From contig NC_134026.1 in the NCBI RefSeq assembly GCF_964204645.1, positions 3,619,950-3,683,949 on the forward strand: 64,000 nt of DNA. The letters run 5' to 3'. This DNA is from Tubulanus polymorphus (lineage: Eukaryota > Animalia > Nemertea). The translations under genes and the position numbers were made by a program. The notes beneath the pieces are model-generated. The model made no database searches, was not told the DNA's origin, and worked only from the letters and a program-made list of their open reading frames with translations. Positions 12,518-25,933 of the stretch are shown here, one piece after another. Numbering within the stretch: position 1 is the first letter of the stretch; every line of letters starts with the position of its first letter.

Positions 12518-15500
12518 TACACCTGGCAGGTGTGGTGGGTTGTGTGAAATATGTACGCAAAATCAAATCATATACCAATCAAATAAATAAGCGGTTCAAC
12601 CATCCCCGTTTTAAGGCGAAATAAGATCACAATGTCCGTGGCATTTTATAATCTATAGTATCGAATGGGCGAGGTTAGGTTTAATATCGAATATACGGTT
12701 ACGAAGTGGAAATGAATTGCAGAACTTCCCGAAACAAAGCGAAACAAGGCCACAGCTGCAGGGGCTCGTCGATTATACGACAAGAAACTGTAGTCGCGTA
12801 TCAGAATCTGCGGCGTGTTATGGCGTCAAATCGATACATGATATTCACGTATCTGTAATGACAAAACAAGAGGATCGTATAAATCTCGGAGATGCTTTAT
12901 TTAACGTCGGTCACGAGCGGTGTTGGACTCGGCGCCGTTCGTACCCACGGGACGACAACCTTTGCCAGAGAACACTGACGTGTATCGCCGTTACCGTCGC
13001 GGAAATGCGACTCTCTCCGCGCGATATTTGCCACTTTCCTACATTGAAACAAAAGCCGCTCCTCGGAGATACAACCTCGCACAAAACAACTCGAATCGTG
13101 CTTCTTTCGCGGTGACCGTGGAAATATGTAACACGTGTATCAAAAGTAACCTCTAAATAACCTCTAAATGTGAATAACTTCCATCTTTTCTGAAATGTTG
13201 CAATGTGCAACGTGACAATCGGATCTGCAGTGAAGAATTCCACATCAACACTATAAATGGGCTTTTTTAGTTTATTACTCATTGTGAATCTAAGGGGAAG
13301 TATAAACCTGCAATTCATACCAGGCATCTTATATTCAATAATACTTGATATTTTCGGGAGAATAAAAATCAAACTAAATTGATATGTAGTTTATTCATGG
13401 GGGTTGTTAATCAAACACGATATTTAGAAATATAGTTTCGAAATTTCCGTGAAGCCAGAATTCTGAACAGTTAAAAAAGACCACACACTTTCATCTCGAC
13501 ACATAGCTCATGACTTGTGGTTCGCTTCGTTTGTCAATTGAGGCCAAGGTTGCGATCGGTCCTTGTGTTTCTTTTTTTTTCGTTGCGAAGATGCATTTAT
13601 TATTTTGTCAAATCAGCCGGTCGTTTGGGCATGGCTATCTTTGCAATAAGTATTTGCATTATGTTGCTAGAGTATCGTGTTACAGTAATGATAGAGGACT
13701 CGATTCGGTAGAAATTTAATATAAGATCACTTAGAGCCATCAACTGACAAATCTAACAATGTATCGTATCAGTCGGTTCCCGCGATAAGTATGCGCAATG
13801 CGCTCGTTTACGAGAACCTTTCCCTCGCGTTGTTGAAGTGGGTCTCGTTTTTTAAATTATGCGACATATTTCATGTCATCTGTGTCATTAACTCATTGGC
13901 CTCGTTGACATCGTCGAGTTTTTACGAGATGATGTGAATTATTCAGAAGGCCGCGGGTAGACGTCTTTTTTTAGTATAGTCACAAAAAATATTTCCACAA
14001 ATATGTAAGCCTAGAAACTGATCATACTCAATAGGGCTATATCCATTAATTGCAATTATAGACTAACATACGGGTTATACCGACGTGGGAAGATCGCTTA
14101 CTATGTCAGGTAAATTAACGTCTTTATTCTCTTTGCAATCCTGAAAAGCAACACCGTTGTTGAGTCGATTTTAAAAGTAGCTGAACGTATAAAGCCTATA
14201 CGTCGGTCCTCCACCCGAAATAGATATGTTCAATTCGGTTTTCGATTGGCAAGATGATTCCTTCCTACATGGAATTACGTATCGCTAGTATTCGAGATAA
14301 TCTGCCGCGGTTGCCGTGTTCGCTGGGAGCGAACTTTAAAAGTTTGACGGGCCGAGTCGTGGCAGGAACATGGAAACGCCGACAGAAGCAACCGACGTTA
14401 ATTGACGGTAAAACGGTTCAGGTGTTGCTAGATACAGAGATGTGTACACGGGTTTTACGCGAAGTTAATACGTTCACGACAAGAGAACCTAGATAAATTA
14501 CACGTGGGGTAAAGATGGACTGGTGCCACGGTTTCTAAAGGCTCCATTAATATACACCGCCAATACATGTTTATAATCGCGAAATCCATTAGTAACAGGC
14601 GCTCAATAGTCTCAGAAAACTTCCGAACCGTCCGTTACTGCGCTGGCGTTACTTCCACGCAAATCATTATTCCACCGATTTTCCCGCATTTCCACTAAAA
14701 CCTATCGTATAGTGATTTCTACAATATGCGTGGATGTCTGGCGTTTTGCGTGGGACATAACTTTGTTTATACGCTTTTTTATTGTCCATTCGAACAATCA
14801 AGCCGAATGAGATCTGTTGAAATCAAATTTACGAGCTCCGATATTAAAAAGTGATTTGCTCATTTAACCAAAGTTTTACCCGGCGGCTAGCTCCGAACCC
14901 TGATAATAAGATGAGTTTAATTAGCATTGAATATACTTCGCAAAAATGAAGAGATTACACATGGCTGAAGGCTCGGAGATAAAGGACGAGCGGAGGCTGT
15001 ATTTCAGTCAGTAAACACGCGCCTGTCGTGTCATTGTATTGTTAGAAACGTTTTTCAGACGTGCCATTCAATACGAGGTCACATCAACTAAGTTTCAACA
15101 TTGCGTCCTGGTTATTAATAAGCATTGCGTTATCTAATTTTGCCTATAGGCTTTTATCCACCAAGATCACTATACATAAATCTTTCCGTTTATCCCGAAG
15201 TTTCATCGGACAATTATAGACGTTATCTGCGAGTTTGACGGTGCCGTCCGTGACGTATCACGTAAAACGTAAGCGGCGCAGCGTTATTGATAGCGCTATT
15301 TTCGTGCCTTACGTCCTGTGATGGTCCGCGCCCAGTCAATATCAGATATCATACATCAGGTGACTTAATGGGTGAAATTCTAAAACGTCGTTTTGTGTGA
15401 TGTATTTATAGCTCGAACGATATCAAGATTGGCCGTTTTAATAAAATACGTCACTATCTACGTTTCGCTCTGTTTTATGTCTTGCGAATCAAAGAAGCCA

Positions 15501-15913
15501 GTTCATAATCATTGAACATTTTGCGTTCATTAAACATTCTTAGGCGATTTTTATGATTCTTATTATTTCAGCTCAAATTAATACAGTACCATGTAAAAGA
15601 CCGGGAAACAGGTATTTCAACGCGCATTCCTGCCAAACTCGATAAAAGCTGTTAACATCGTTATCAGCGCCAGTCGGATGGCTCGGTAATGGAGGCGCAG
15701 TCAGTACCTGCCTGGTGAACGCTTGTTACGAGCGTCAACTTGGCGTAAATTCATGAGTTCTTTAGCGTTAACGAGCCGCGATACGTGTTAACCTCTCCCC
15801 GAAGCGTTACCCCAGTGTAATCCATCGACTATTACTAATACTTCATTCTTCAGTTGTTTCGGCATCTTGCTTTTGTATTAAATCACGATGTATGTAGTAT
15901 TCAACTGTTAGGA

Positions 15914-15928
15914 TTTTTTTTTTTTTTT
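15914..15928. repeat. poly(T) run
   Basis: About 15 consecutive T. Confidence 0.8.
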
Positions 15929-16978
15929 GAAATACACAAAAAGCGAAATACACGCGAATTCTTGGCACAGTACAGAGCGCGTAGATAAATAATAATAATC
16001 TTCGGAGAAACCTATCAATAGATGATCATCAGATCCATCTCGCAACGTATCGCCGATGTCCTCATCCATCACAGCGATGGCTACCTAAAATCAGCCAGCC
16101 GTATACGATCGACGGCGAAATGGTCAGCAACCGCGTTCACTGACCCGGAATCAGTGATACGCCGGCTATTCTATCGATACACAGATAACGACCGAAACAA
16201 GTGACCGACTATATCAAAAATCATAATCAAATTAATTGCATTCTTATTGAATGAGTCAGTGTTTTATGGTTTGGTGATATTTTTCCCGAATCAGGACACA
16301 AAAAAAACTAACGCCACCCACCATATGTTTATTTGCAATTCCTAACAGACATTTTGCAAACGTTTGACGCGGTTTGATAAACTAACGTAGACAAACAAAC
16401 GCTTCGAACGTAAATAAATTAATGTTTTGAATGTAAATGAAAATTGTGTCCAGATCTGGTTTAGTTTATGCGACGACGTGGGAACAGGCGTCGCCGGCCT
16501 AACGCAAACAGAACGTCGTCGCTCGGTCGTACGTCTGTGCCAATCTGTACTTAGCAGTGGCAAGATAAACACAACAACGTGTCTGTAACGTTTACTGACG
16601 ACATGGGACAGAAACCCACCGAAGAAAAAAACCTTTTTTTGAAAACGCGCATCGCGTATAGAATAGAAATTCGATCGTATTTGTTATGCTAAGTAAGTGG
16701 CATGGAACACATTGAAAGAAGAAACAAAAGGACAACGCGTCATCTCCCTGTTGACAATCAAAATTAATTTTTCCAGATTCTAAATTCAATTCTGAAACTT
16801 AACTTATCGCTAGCGGATTGCACACGCGTGGTTGTTGAAAGAAAAGGTAGTTGTTGAAAGAGATGAGCGAAGAACAAAGTTGCAGCATGTTCAATCCATT
16901 TATCCAGTCAGTCCTCGCCATATTTCATCTAGTTGATTTTTTCTTTTTCTGCTGCTGAACTGTATTGCTACACATCTG

Positions 16979-17086
16979 GATCCAGTTCCACAGTTCTGAG
17001 TTAGTGTTAACTCTGAGTTAAAATTAGTTCATTTTCAATGAGTTAACTCTGAGTCAAATCTTAACTCACAACTGTGGAAATGGGTC
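16979..17086. mobile_element. 108-bp MITE, probably PIF/Harbinger-type
   Basis: TIR gatccagttccacagttctgagtta matches the reverse complement of the right end (gacccatttccacagttgtgagtta) at 22/25. CTG flanks both sides (16976-16978 and 17087-17089), consistent with a 3-bp TSD. There is an internal direct repeat, gttaactctgagt x2. Confidence 0.8.
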
Positions 17087-20000
17087 CTGGGTATCAGTCG
17101 TATACATCATATGTTACTATGATACCAGATCCGAGATTTGTCAACGTGGCTACAATTGAAGTGACAGGTACAACACACAGGAAGTCTTCACGTTGGCCAC
17201 ACTATAGGAGCTCGCTTCGTTACTACTACGTCGGATTATGATATAATTAACGCGGCAAACCTAAGTATCATTAAACGGTCAACACAGCCTGTAATTATGT
17301 CTAATCACCGTGCCGTCGCCGGTGTGATTAACGGCGCTAACGGCGCAAGAACGTGACTCGAGGCCGACCGTCGATCACAGTCCACTCGTTCAGAACCCGG
17401 CACTCTGTGAAATCGCAATTAAACGTCGTCACTGTTGATGAAAGGTGGCCAAATGTCATCTATTGCGATCTTGTTTATTCACATTCAATTATTCTCCCGT
17501 TGTCATATACTGAAATAACTAACTCACTCAAACGGCAGTACTATATACACGCAGGCCCATCTCAAAAACGCGAATTTATTTTTACTCGACCACGCGGTAC
17601 GGGGTGAGTTGTGGCAGATGGGGCGACTTTGTTAATAGGCATATTGTGACTACTCGTCGGGGCCAAATTAAACCGTATTGCTTTGAAGGGCATTCTCATT
17701 GTAAACACGCCTGTTCTTTTGATTTTGTATTAGGTTTTCCTTTTTTACGGTCGACTAAATAACCAGTCGAAATTAATAAAGAACGCTCAGTTAATGTCAC
17801 GAAACTCTAACGGATAATTATTTCGTATCTTAATTTGTTTTGGCAGATCAAAACTCAGCGCCTTTTCGCTTTTGAATTCGGGTAGCAATTTTGGCGTGGG
17901 CCGTCCGCATCGTTCAGTCGTTTCCTCGGATTATTAAAATCTGGCCGGATTATTCGGATAGAGAGACGCCTTTTCACTGCCAAATTTAGCCAATGTTTTG
18001 AATATTATATGCACGGTGAATGGGTAAATTTAAAAAGATTTAATGTCAAGTGAAAGAATTAAGTGGTACCCTATACAGAAATAAAATGTCGAGCTATTGA
18101 GAATCTGGCTAATGAAATGGCTATAACCCGCGGGGTATACGGTCGTATTACTAGTCCACCAACTGTGGGTTCTATATTTTTTTTCCGAAATTGTGCATTC
18201 AACGCGCATTTGCAGCCAAGCGATTAAATTGAAAAAACCATATTCAGAGATAACTTGGAACTGCGCTGCAACAGGATCCTGCAGGGGCGATTAGAAAAAA
18301 ATTGAATTCATCCCGAACGTTTAGAATACTGAGAAATCGTAGCTTTGACACAGCTTACATATGATGTCACTTACATATTGACATAAATGATTGTTTATTG
18401 AAATATCGTGGCAATAAATACGTATAAACACGGCGGGTGACTCGCTTTGTGGACAGCGGCGTGGCATCAAATTGCGTGCGGGTGTGGTGTGCTCCTTCCA
18501 TTTACAGATAAACCGGCCGCCTCACTAGCTATAGACTCTTAACAATGTATGGGACCTGTAGATATTCATAATTAATATATTAAACCAATTACGGTGCTGC
18601 GCTATGCGTATATTGACATAATGTCTCAATACCGTGCACACACTGGCCCTTATTTTGTGATTATAGTTAGCTAAATGGCCCACATGCTACCGCCGCCTTG
18701 ACGTTCGGTCACTGTGGGCGAGTGTACTGTCACGACATTCAATTTTAGGTGATATTACGTTTACATATACGGGGCGGTTTTGCACGCCACGTTAGAGAAT
18801 CGTGAATATTGTTCGAAAATTCACGCTCGATGAATGGGGTCTACTCGTGGCGATAATTAAAACTTCGGTAAATTGAAAATACGTATGATTGCAGTAAGGA
18901 TGAATATCACGTTGGACCGCCGCCGTTTATCCGTTTGGTTATACGCGAGCATCAACGAATACCAGCCTCCGATATTTCCTCAATAAATTCTTTTTCTTGA
19001 ATCGTACTTATTGTAACAAATCTGAAGTATGGAGGCCAACATTTGTCGTTAGGATAACTAAATCATATACATAATATCAATGATAATGTATGTAATGGGA
19101 TGACAAATCTCTCGTTCACAACGTTATCAGGAGTCAACGCACGTCACCGAAACATTTGTCAAATCGTCAATGCACCCGTATATAGATATATATTGTGGAG
19201 CTGCTTGAGTAGCAGGTGATGAAACCTTTTATCATATCAATTTCAGAGGTTGAGAGGCGAGCAAAAGATACATTATTATCTAAATGATAATAACTCAATT
19301 ACTAGCGGAATACATAATTACGTAGTTTAATGCGATGTACGCATTATCGGATCAACAGGTGACATTTCAAACTAAACGGAAATCTAATTCAATAGAATTC
19401 TATCCGTGTAACATGTTTCCCATTTGTTCCGTAGCCCTTATTTCAACCAAAATAGACAATATTTGAATGTTGACGAGGGAATTCAATCATTTTTAACGAA
19501 TGCAAACTTGGCCACAATTGTCATCAACACGCGACACGTTGAATTTATTGACTTTGAATTAAAAGGCATTTGCATCGCATTTTATTTAAATCAAATTGAC
19601 TGGATTGCCCCTGTAGGTCACGTATTTAATTCATGTGATATCGTATTCTAAAAAGGATCAGAATATAATTTATATACACAAAAATATTGCTGACAGAACA
19701 CTCAGGATGTAAATCATTTTAATATTCTGTCATTTGTTTCAGCGGTAGGGTTTTTGTGGAGTGCTCTTAAAGCTGACAGATTTTCTGATTTTTTCTTTAC
19801 GAGTCGATTTTCAATCGAAGCCGCGCGAATTTCCGATAACAGAAGTAGCGATCTATAATACGATCAACAACTTCGATTCGTCAACATTAAAGAGTTGAAT
19901 CCTGACAAATTGAATTCATTTTTAAAGAAAGTGCACCTTATCGGATGACGAGGAGGAAATCGAGGATGGACAGTCGAAAACCAACTAAATCTGTACACAT

Positions 20001-22500
20001 GACTTCTAGATAGGTCTAACTCATCCTTTTGTGTGGACACGTTTGATCGGCAATTTATAATGCTATAGCTTCGAGTTAAATTACGTCAAAGTCATGAAGT
20101 AGCAATGAGCCGGGTATTGATCGAATGTATAGCTTCAGGCTTACATTGTTCTTCACTTTAACTTCTCGATTAACGCTGGATGGTTTGTGGAAACTGACAC
20201 CTGGTCCCTTCGTAATGTGATCTATCGCGTGAAATTATGCGCGATGGATTTGTAATGCGATCGCTTTATTAATCCCTGTGTCCCCATGGATAATCCCTAC
20301 CCGAAGCTATTGGTTAATATGACGCCTTGTTATACCGACCGTGTCAGATTGTTTACAAATCAACAAAACTTAAACACCCTCTATTTACCATATTTACGTG
20401 ACGTAATGTTTTGCAGTAGTCGTGAAGTCATCCTCAATAAGCGGCGTGATTGTCGTGATTGTCGAAGTACTTTGAGGGATTGTGAATTGATCTTCGATCG
20501 GGTTCATAAATATAGATTTCGTAAGTAGTTTCTTTCGTTCGCGTTGAGTCACTTTATGGATAGCAATTTGGGTAAATTCAATACCTGGTTTTCGCTGTAT
20601 TTTACTGTGAAATGAACCTTTGTTCCAGGTATTGTTCTGCTTTCAACTAATGAAGCGTCAAGTACTGGCAGTTATTGCGCTACCGGCTTACTCACTTGGG
20701 CAAATATGCGCCCGTCGCCTTTTGCCTTCTCGCAAAGGCCCGGGAGCTGTGAAGTCGACATCAAACATCCCGAGAAATACGCACCGCCGCCGTCCTCGTC
20801 TTGTAATTGTCACTAAATACACATTTTCTCAGGTGAAGTTGTGGGATCAAAGGAGAAAATGGTTTGATTTTTCTCACACTTTGTCAAGCGATACTTCATA
20901 GGCAGTTTACACCTTTATAGCTCAAATTAAAGACGGCGATTTTCCAGACGATTGCTCGCGCTGTAAGGATGATCAGGCCTTCGATGGATGTTCGGTGGAT
21001 ATAAGCCGCATTGCAATCGGCAACGCTTCGTGTTCCCTGTTATTACGCAAACCGCGAGGTTTTTGTAATAAACGACGTGTCTTTTGAAACCGAAGCCGAC
21101 AATTAATTGCACGCATTCCGCATATATTCATATTAACTTTTTCATATGTTTCATACATCGATTAACATATCAATTTTTCCGATCGCCACGCGTGTAACTC
21201 TCGCGCACTATTCACGCTAGGTCAAGGTCAGGCTATTAGTGTATTATGCGCGATATAAAACTTAAGTACTCTCGAATATTGTTTTTCATTTGAAGTTACG
21301 TCGCCGCAGAACTGAAAATCATCGACCGAAAATCACTTACAAAAGGCAGAAAATCTGAAGTGAGAAATGCTTTTGTATCGAGTATGTATTAGATTTCTAA
21401 TACGAATGCATTCATGAATACAAATACATATATATATATATTCTGTATCGATTTCATTCGTTTCGCCGTCATTTATTTCCAATGTTTGCCATCAGTATTA
21501 TGGCGTATGGCGTTTATGATTGAATATCAATTCTCGTCTCCGTTATCGAGAACAGTTTTTGATAGCTCTTTTGCAATTTCAAAACTAATGAGATGATCTC
21601 AAACACTAGAGTGTGATGTAACGACAAATTTGAAATTCAAAATTTAGTTACCCGGCACTTCACGTCACATGACACCTGTTACGCTGGTATTGATGGATTA
21701 GATTTCCATGCATTTATTTCGAAAAATACTTTTTCTAATTATCAGTGCAGGTTTTGGCTGACCAACTTCAAACTGTCGGATGGATCCTATATATATATAA
21801 GTATGTATCATGAAAAGAAACATCGCAGAATCGCTGAATGAAGTAGATATTGATGTTGCAATACTTCACCATCGTGACAAAGGGCGAATCGGCGCTGTCC
21901 AGTTACTGCCTCCGTGAAATTAACTGCAGGGTATAACCTGTCTGGCTGTTTACTGAACAAAGATTCCAGCAGCAATCAAACCGATAGAACGAAACTGATG
22001 ATGTTTGTTCCGTCTTGTCTTATTTCAGCGCCCGGCATCAGTACACAGTGTGACATTGTGAAGATTCTGCCACATCAAACATACTCACTCTCTCGACCCC
22101 GAACCCGACGATTCCTCAACTTTTATTGTTGAACAAGCGCCCGTCGTGTTTGCCCTGTAAAGCAATTCCGTCAGCCATGCGTTGTTTGGTTATGTATCAT
22201 TGCGCGCCGGCAATAAGTCAAAACACGATGCAGTATTTTCGAATTCGCCCATTTTTTCAATAAACTCACAACCCGGGAACGTATCTCTCACCTCATTCGC
22301 CATGCGAGATATATCTTGAAGCTTTTACAGTCTGAACACATGGAGTTTTTTTCATGTCATTATATGCGGCGGTTTCACCGTCGTTGCTTCTAAGTGACAG
22401 TGGCGCCAAGACATAATCAACATCTCGGACAACTCCGGCGATATTCACGATATGACTGATATGAATGTAGCATCAGTAACTATCATATCTCCCTCCCTTT

Positions 22501-22710
22501 CAAGGGCTGATCCAGGAGGGCACCAGAGGGACTAGTTGCCACCTTAGATTTTTTGAGGTGGCCTCAAACTTTGAATAAATCTTTTTTTTCATTTGATAAA
22601 GATTTATGAATCAATCGCTCATGACAGCTATCAAATAGCTTTGGAGAACACCAAATCATTCTGGGAGGACCCCATACCTCCTTTGGTGGCTTCGCACCAT
22701 GTCGGGGTGC
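22501..22710. mobile_element. Possible degraded non-autonomous DNA transposon (hAT-like end)
   Basis: It starts caagggctgatccaggaggg, which resembles CAGGGGCGGATCCAGG-type termini I recall from invertebrate MITEs, and contains ggaggacccc...gcttcgc. No matching right TIR found. Confidence 0.3.
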
Positions 22711-24524
22711 AAATCGCAGTCAAACGCTCAAACCGCTAGCCCATACCGCTTCGAGTTTAAATACCACGTTTCATATCATTGCCCACGCGCAACACCAGTC
22801 TGGGTACATCCACCACCCGGTACGTGCTTAATGCGTTGTTATTGCAATTTGCTAATAGAAGTGTAGACGCCTGAGCAAACGAGACCCATTGGCCTCACCG
22901 AGGCGCCCACGTCATATCATCGCTCTAAACAACGTAAACAACACGATACATTTTGATGCCTTTGGTGCAGAATCATTCCCTGTATATATCCGTCCTTATT
23001 TTCCAGCAGAATGGACCAAGAAAACAGTTACCAACTGCTTTGACAGCCGTGTAGAATCCTGAGGCTACACCCTGGTGGGTACACAGGTCAGAGAGAATTC
23101 AGAAATCCCTCGCTTGTTAAAGACTTATGATGATTTAGTCCTCTGTAGAACATTTGTTTGTATACTTTTATATATTCTGCCAATTGACATGAGAAATGTA
23201 TATTGTATTTCTTTTTACCATAATTTGATGTAACTTTCATAATGTAATTTCCATATGAACGCTTTATATACAAACCTCGTCACTGCATATTCTAGTGGTT
23301 TCATGTTTCAAAACATCCACGTCTTTTCCAATCTGTCATCTTTTTACGATTTTGAATTCATTTCTATTTTACTAACATCGCAAATTAAGATTTGCACTGT
23401 ATACCATGAAAACGTAAACGAGTGGGCCGATTGTTGAGGAACAGAGACTGACCTTGACATTCATAACGACTTCAACACGAGTAATAGGACAGAAGTGACC
23501 CTTATGCCGAAAAATGAATCATAAGAAACTATCAATTTTTTAACTGACTTTTTTTCTGATTTTATTGCTCATTTTCTCAATCGGTATATGCGTCTCATAC
23601 ACCCACATATATTATTATCATTATTATTATATATAGATTTATTTGTTTATTTCATTTACACACAAACATTACTGACGTTTCCATGGCAACGTGATGAGAG
23701 GGCTAAATGACAGAATATTCTAGTTTTCGGGTTCAACACCAACAACAATATCGTGACGTCATATTCATTAGCATATTAAAAAGCATTCAACAACGTACTC
23801 TACTACATTAATAGGGGGCGCTATGCTACAAATATTTTAAGTAGATTTTGAGTCTATTTGTTGATTTTTTTTAATAAACACTGACTAGTGAAATACGTCG
23901 TTCGGAAAATGAAATGCAAAAATGACTCGGACACAGAAAGTCTATATCTAACCTGCACCAAAAAGCAGAGAGGAGAATACGAGGTTGTATTTTGTTTACG
24001 AGTTGAATCGAAACATGTACAGAAAACTTACACAAAGTCTGTATGAATACAAAGTGTAATCCATACCGAACAGTTTTCTACAGTGTGACGCTGATTGAAA
24101 ATTCTGATTCATAAGATAGGATCTAATTAGCACAGAACTCATGATATTCGTAAAATACTGTATTGGTCTACATACGTAGAGAATGGTGAACGAGAAAATC
24201 AGATTGGGGTTAAATGTGTGCGACCCCAGTTTACTGAAGACTGACCAGTATAATTCGGCAAGATATGTGACTAAGCACCGTCTTAGACAGAAACAACAGG
24301 GGTTTACGGAACAAAACTACAAGAATTTGCTACTACGAATAAAATCCGTGAAAATGGAAATATTCATTCGTTAATTCATACTTTTTTCAAGAGTAAAATT
24401 GATTGATCAAAGTAAATCATGTACATGTTTTAAGCGATTCTACGATAGGGGAAATTTTCAATCAGGTTGCATGCATTCTATATAAAGTGTATGATTATGT
24501 ATGAACCCTCGAACCTATAGTTTT

Positions 24525-24530
24525 TTTATT
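24525..24530 (-). terminator. Candidate polyadenylation signal (AATAAA) for Tbx2/3
   Basis: TTTATT on the plus strand about 280 nt past the stop codon, with another at 23561-23566. Usage is unknown. Confidence 0.3.
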
Positions 24531-24806
24531 TTTACGCGCAGACGTGAATTTCAAGGAAAACGTTTTAGAATGTAAATGGGAACACATATATATCAATATG
24601 TATGTTATGTATTATATGATAATAATAATGTAACCATTCGTAGAAAATAAAATAAATTAAAGGTCTCACACGACCAACATTGGCTAAGATACAGCGACCA
24701 CCCGTCAATGATACAATGATAAACATTTACAAGTTTTAACTACATTTCTTGATGATATTACACGTAAGTCTACCCATTACTCTCGGAATCAAATCGAATT
24801 TTCCAA

Positions 24807-25933
24807 TCACTTTTCGGGATATTTCTGATAAGAGGAGTCCGATGGATGTTCGTGTTTTCGTTGCAGGCCATCGACCATACGCTCAATACTTTTCAGTTCA
24901 CTAGGCACCGATGTTGTCGGTGACGTCACGGCCGACGACGACGACGGCGAATGCTGAGGACTAGATGGCGATGCGGAAAGTCTGTCACGCGAATGAGACC
25001 TGGAATCGATGCCGTTACTACTGTTGGCGCCGGTAGACGGCACTGGTGCAGCCGTAGTGACCATTGTCGTTTTGGTAAGAGGCAGCGAATACGGATTGAA
25101 CCTGTGCGACACACGAGGCGCAAATATTGGTCCAACATGGCTGCCGAGGAATGATGATGACGATTCTGTCGTTGAGCTGCCATTGAATGAAAAGTTTTGC
25201 GGATGTAACAACGGATGTCCGGCAGCTAAAGCCAACTGGCTATTCAGCACAAAGTTATGAGGCATTGGAAATCCTAAATGGGCAGCAGAAGCGGCAGCCA
25301 TTGAAGGGACTAGATCAGGGGGTACACTTGATGAGAGCAGTGGGAAATTTGACGGTAAAGACGACGCAGATCCGTACATCATTTGTCCAAAATGTTGAGA
25401 TAACGCGTGAGCACCGTTCGCGTAAGCTCCCGACTGATACAGATACGGCAACATGGGATGACTGGCCGACGGATGCAACACAGTCACGTTCGGCGGACTG
25501 GTGGTATCTTTATCCGTTCGCGGAGATACCGATGAACTTTCCGACCGAGCGAAACTGCGATCTTCGCGAGATAGCGGTCGATGTAACGGTGATCGTAACG
25601 AGTCCGGACTGTGTCGCCGATCGCCTGATACATGTGAATCGTCCGGCGTGCTCGTGCGCCGGTCAACATTCGGCGTGTGATCGGGAGATCGGCGAAATTT
25701 TCGTTCCTCCTCCCGAATTATTGCACCGCGAGCGTCTAAAACATGTTCGGCAGCGAACGAATCCCTGTGTATTTCTTTTTTGATTGTATTTTCTTCGTTG
25801 CTCAGTCTCTTCGACGTAACCGATGACGTCATCGAAACGTCCATCGGCCGGCACGAGTCGTTGTCATCCGACCGACGATCGAACGATAGATTCGTACTTT
25901 TCTGACTAGTTTCCGCTCGTAACCGTTCCGATT
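24807..25933 (-). CDS. Tbx2/3: Tbx2/3 exon 6 (terminal; Ser/Pro/His-rich C-terminal region)
   Basis: Acceptor gtgtctttcag|AA (phase 1), open to TGA at 24809-24807. It contains the Tbx2/3 C-terminal motifs HRFNPYSLP (cf. RFSPY) and SELKSIERMVDGL (cf. ELQSIQRLVSGL). Confidence 0.93.

Noticed and set aside
12717-13372. Cluster of overlapping 61-153 aa ORFs on both strands
   Set aside because: A locally GC/CpG-rich patch lowers stop frequency. No transposase or other motif was recognised.
24926-25854. Several overlapping ORFs (e.g. 25187-25783 +, 198 aa)
   Set aside because: These are antisense or alternate-frame shadows of the GC-rich Tbx2/3 exon 6, with no independent coding signal.
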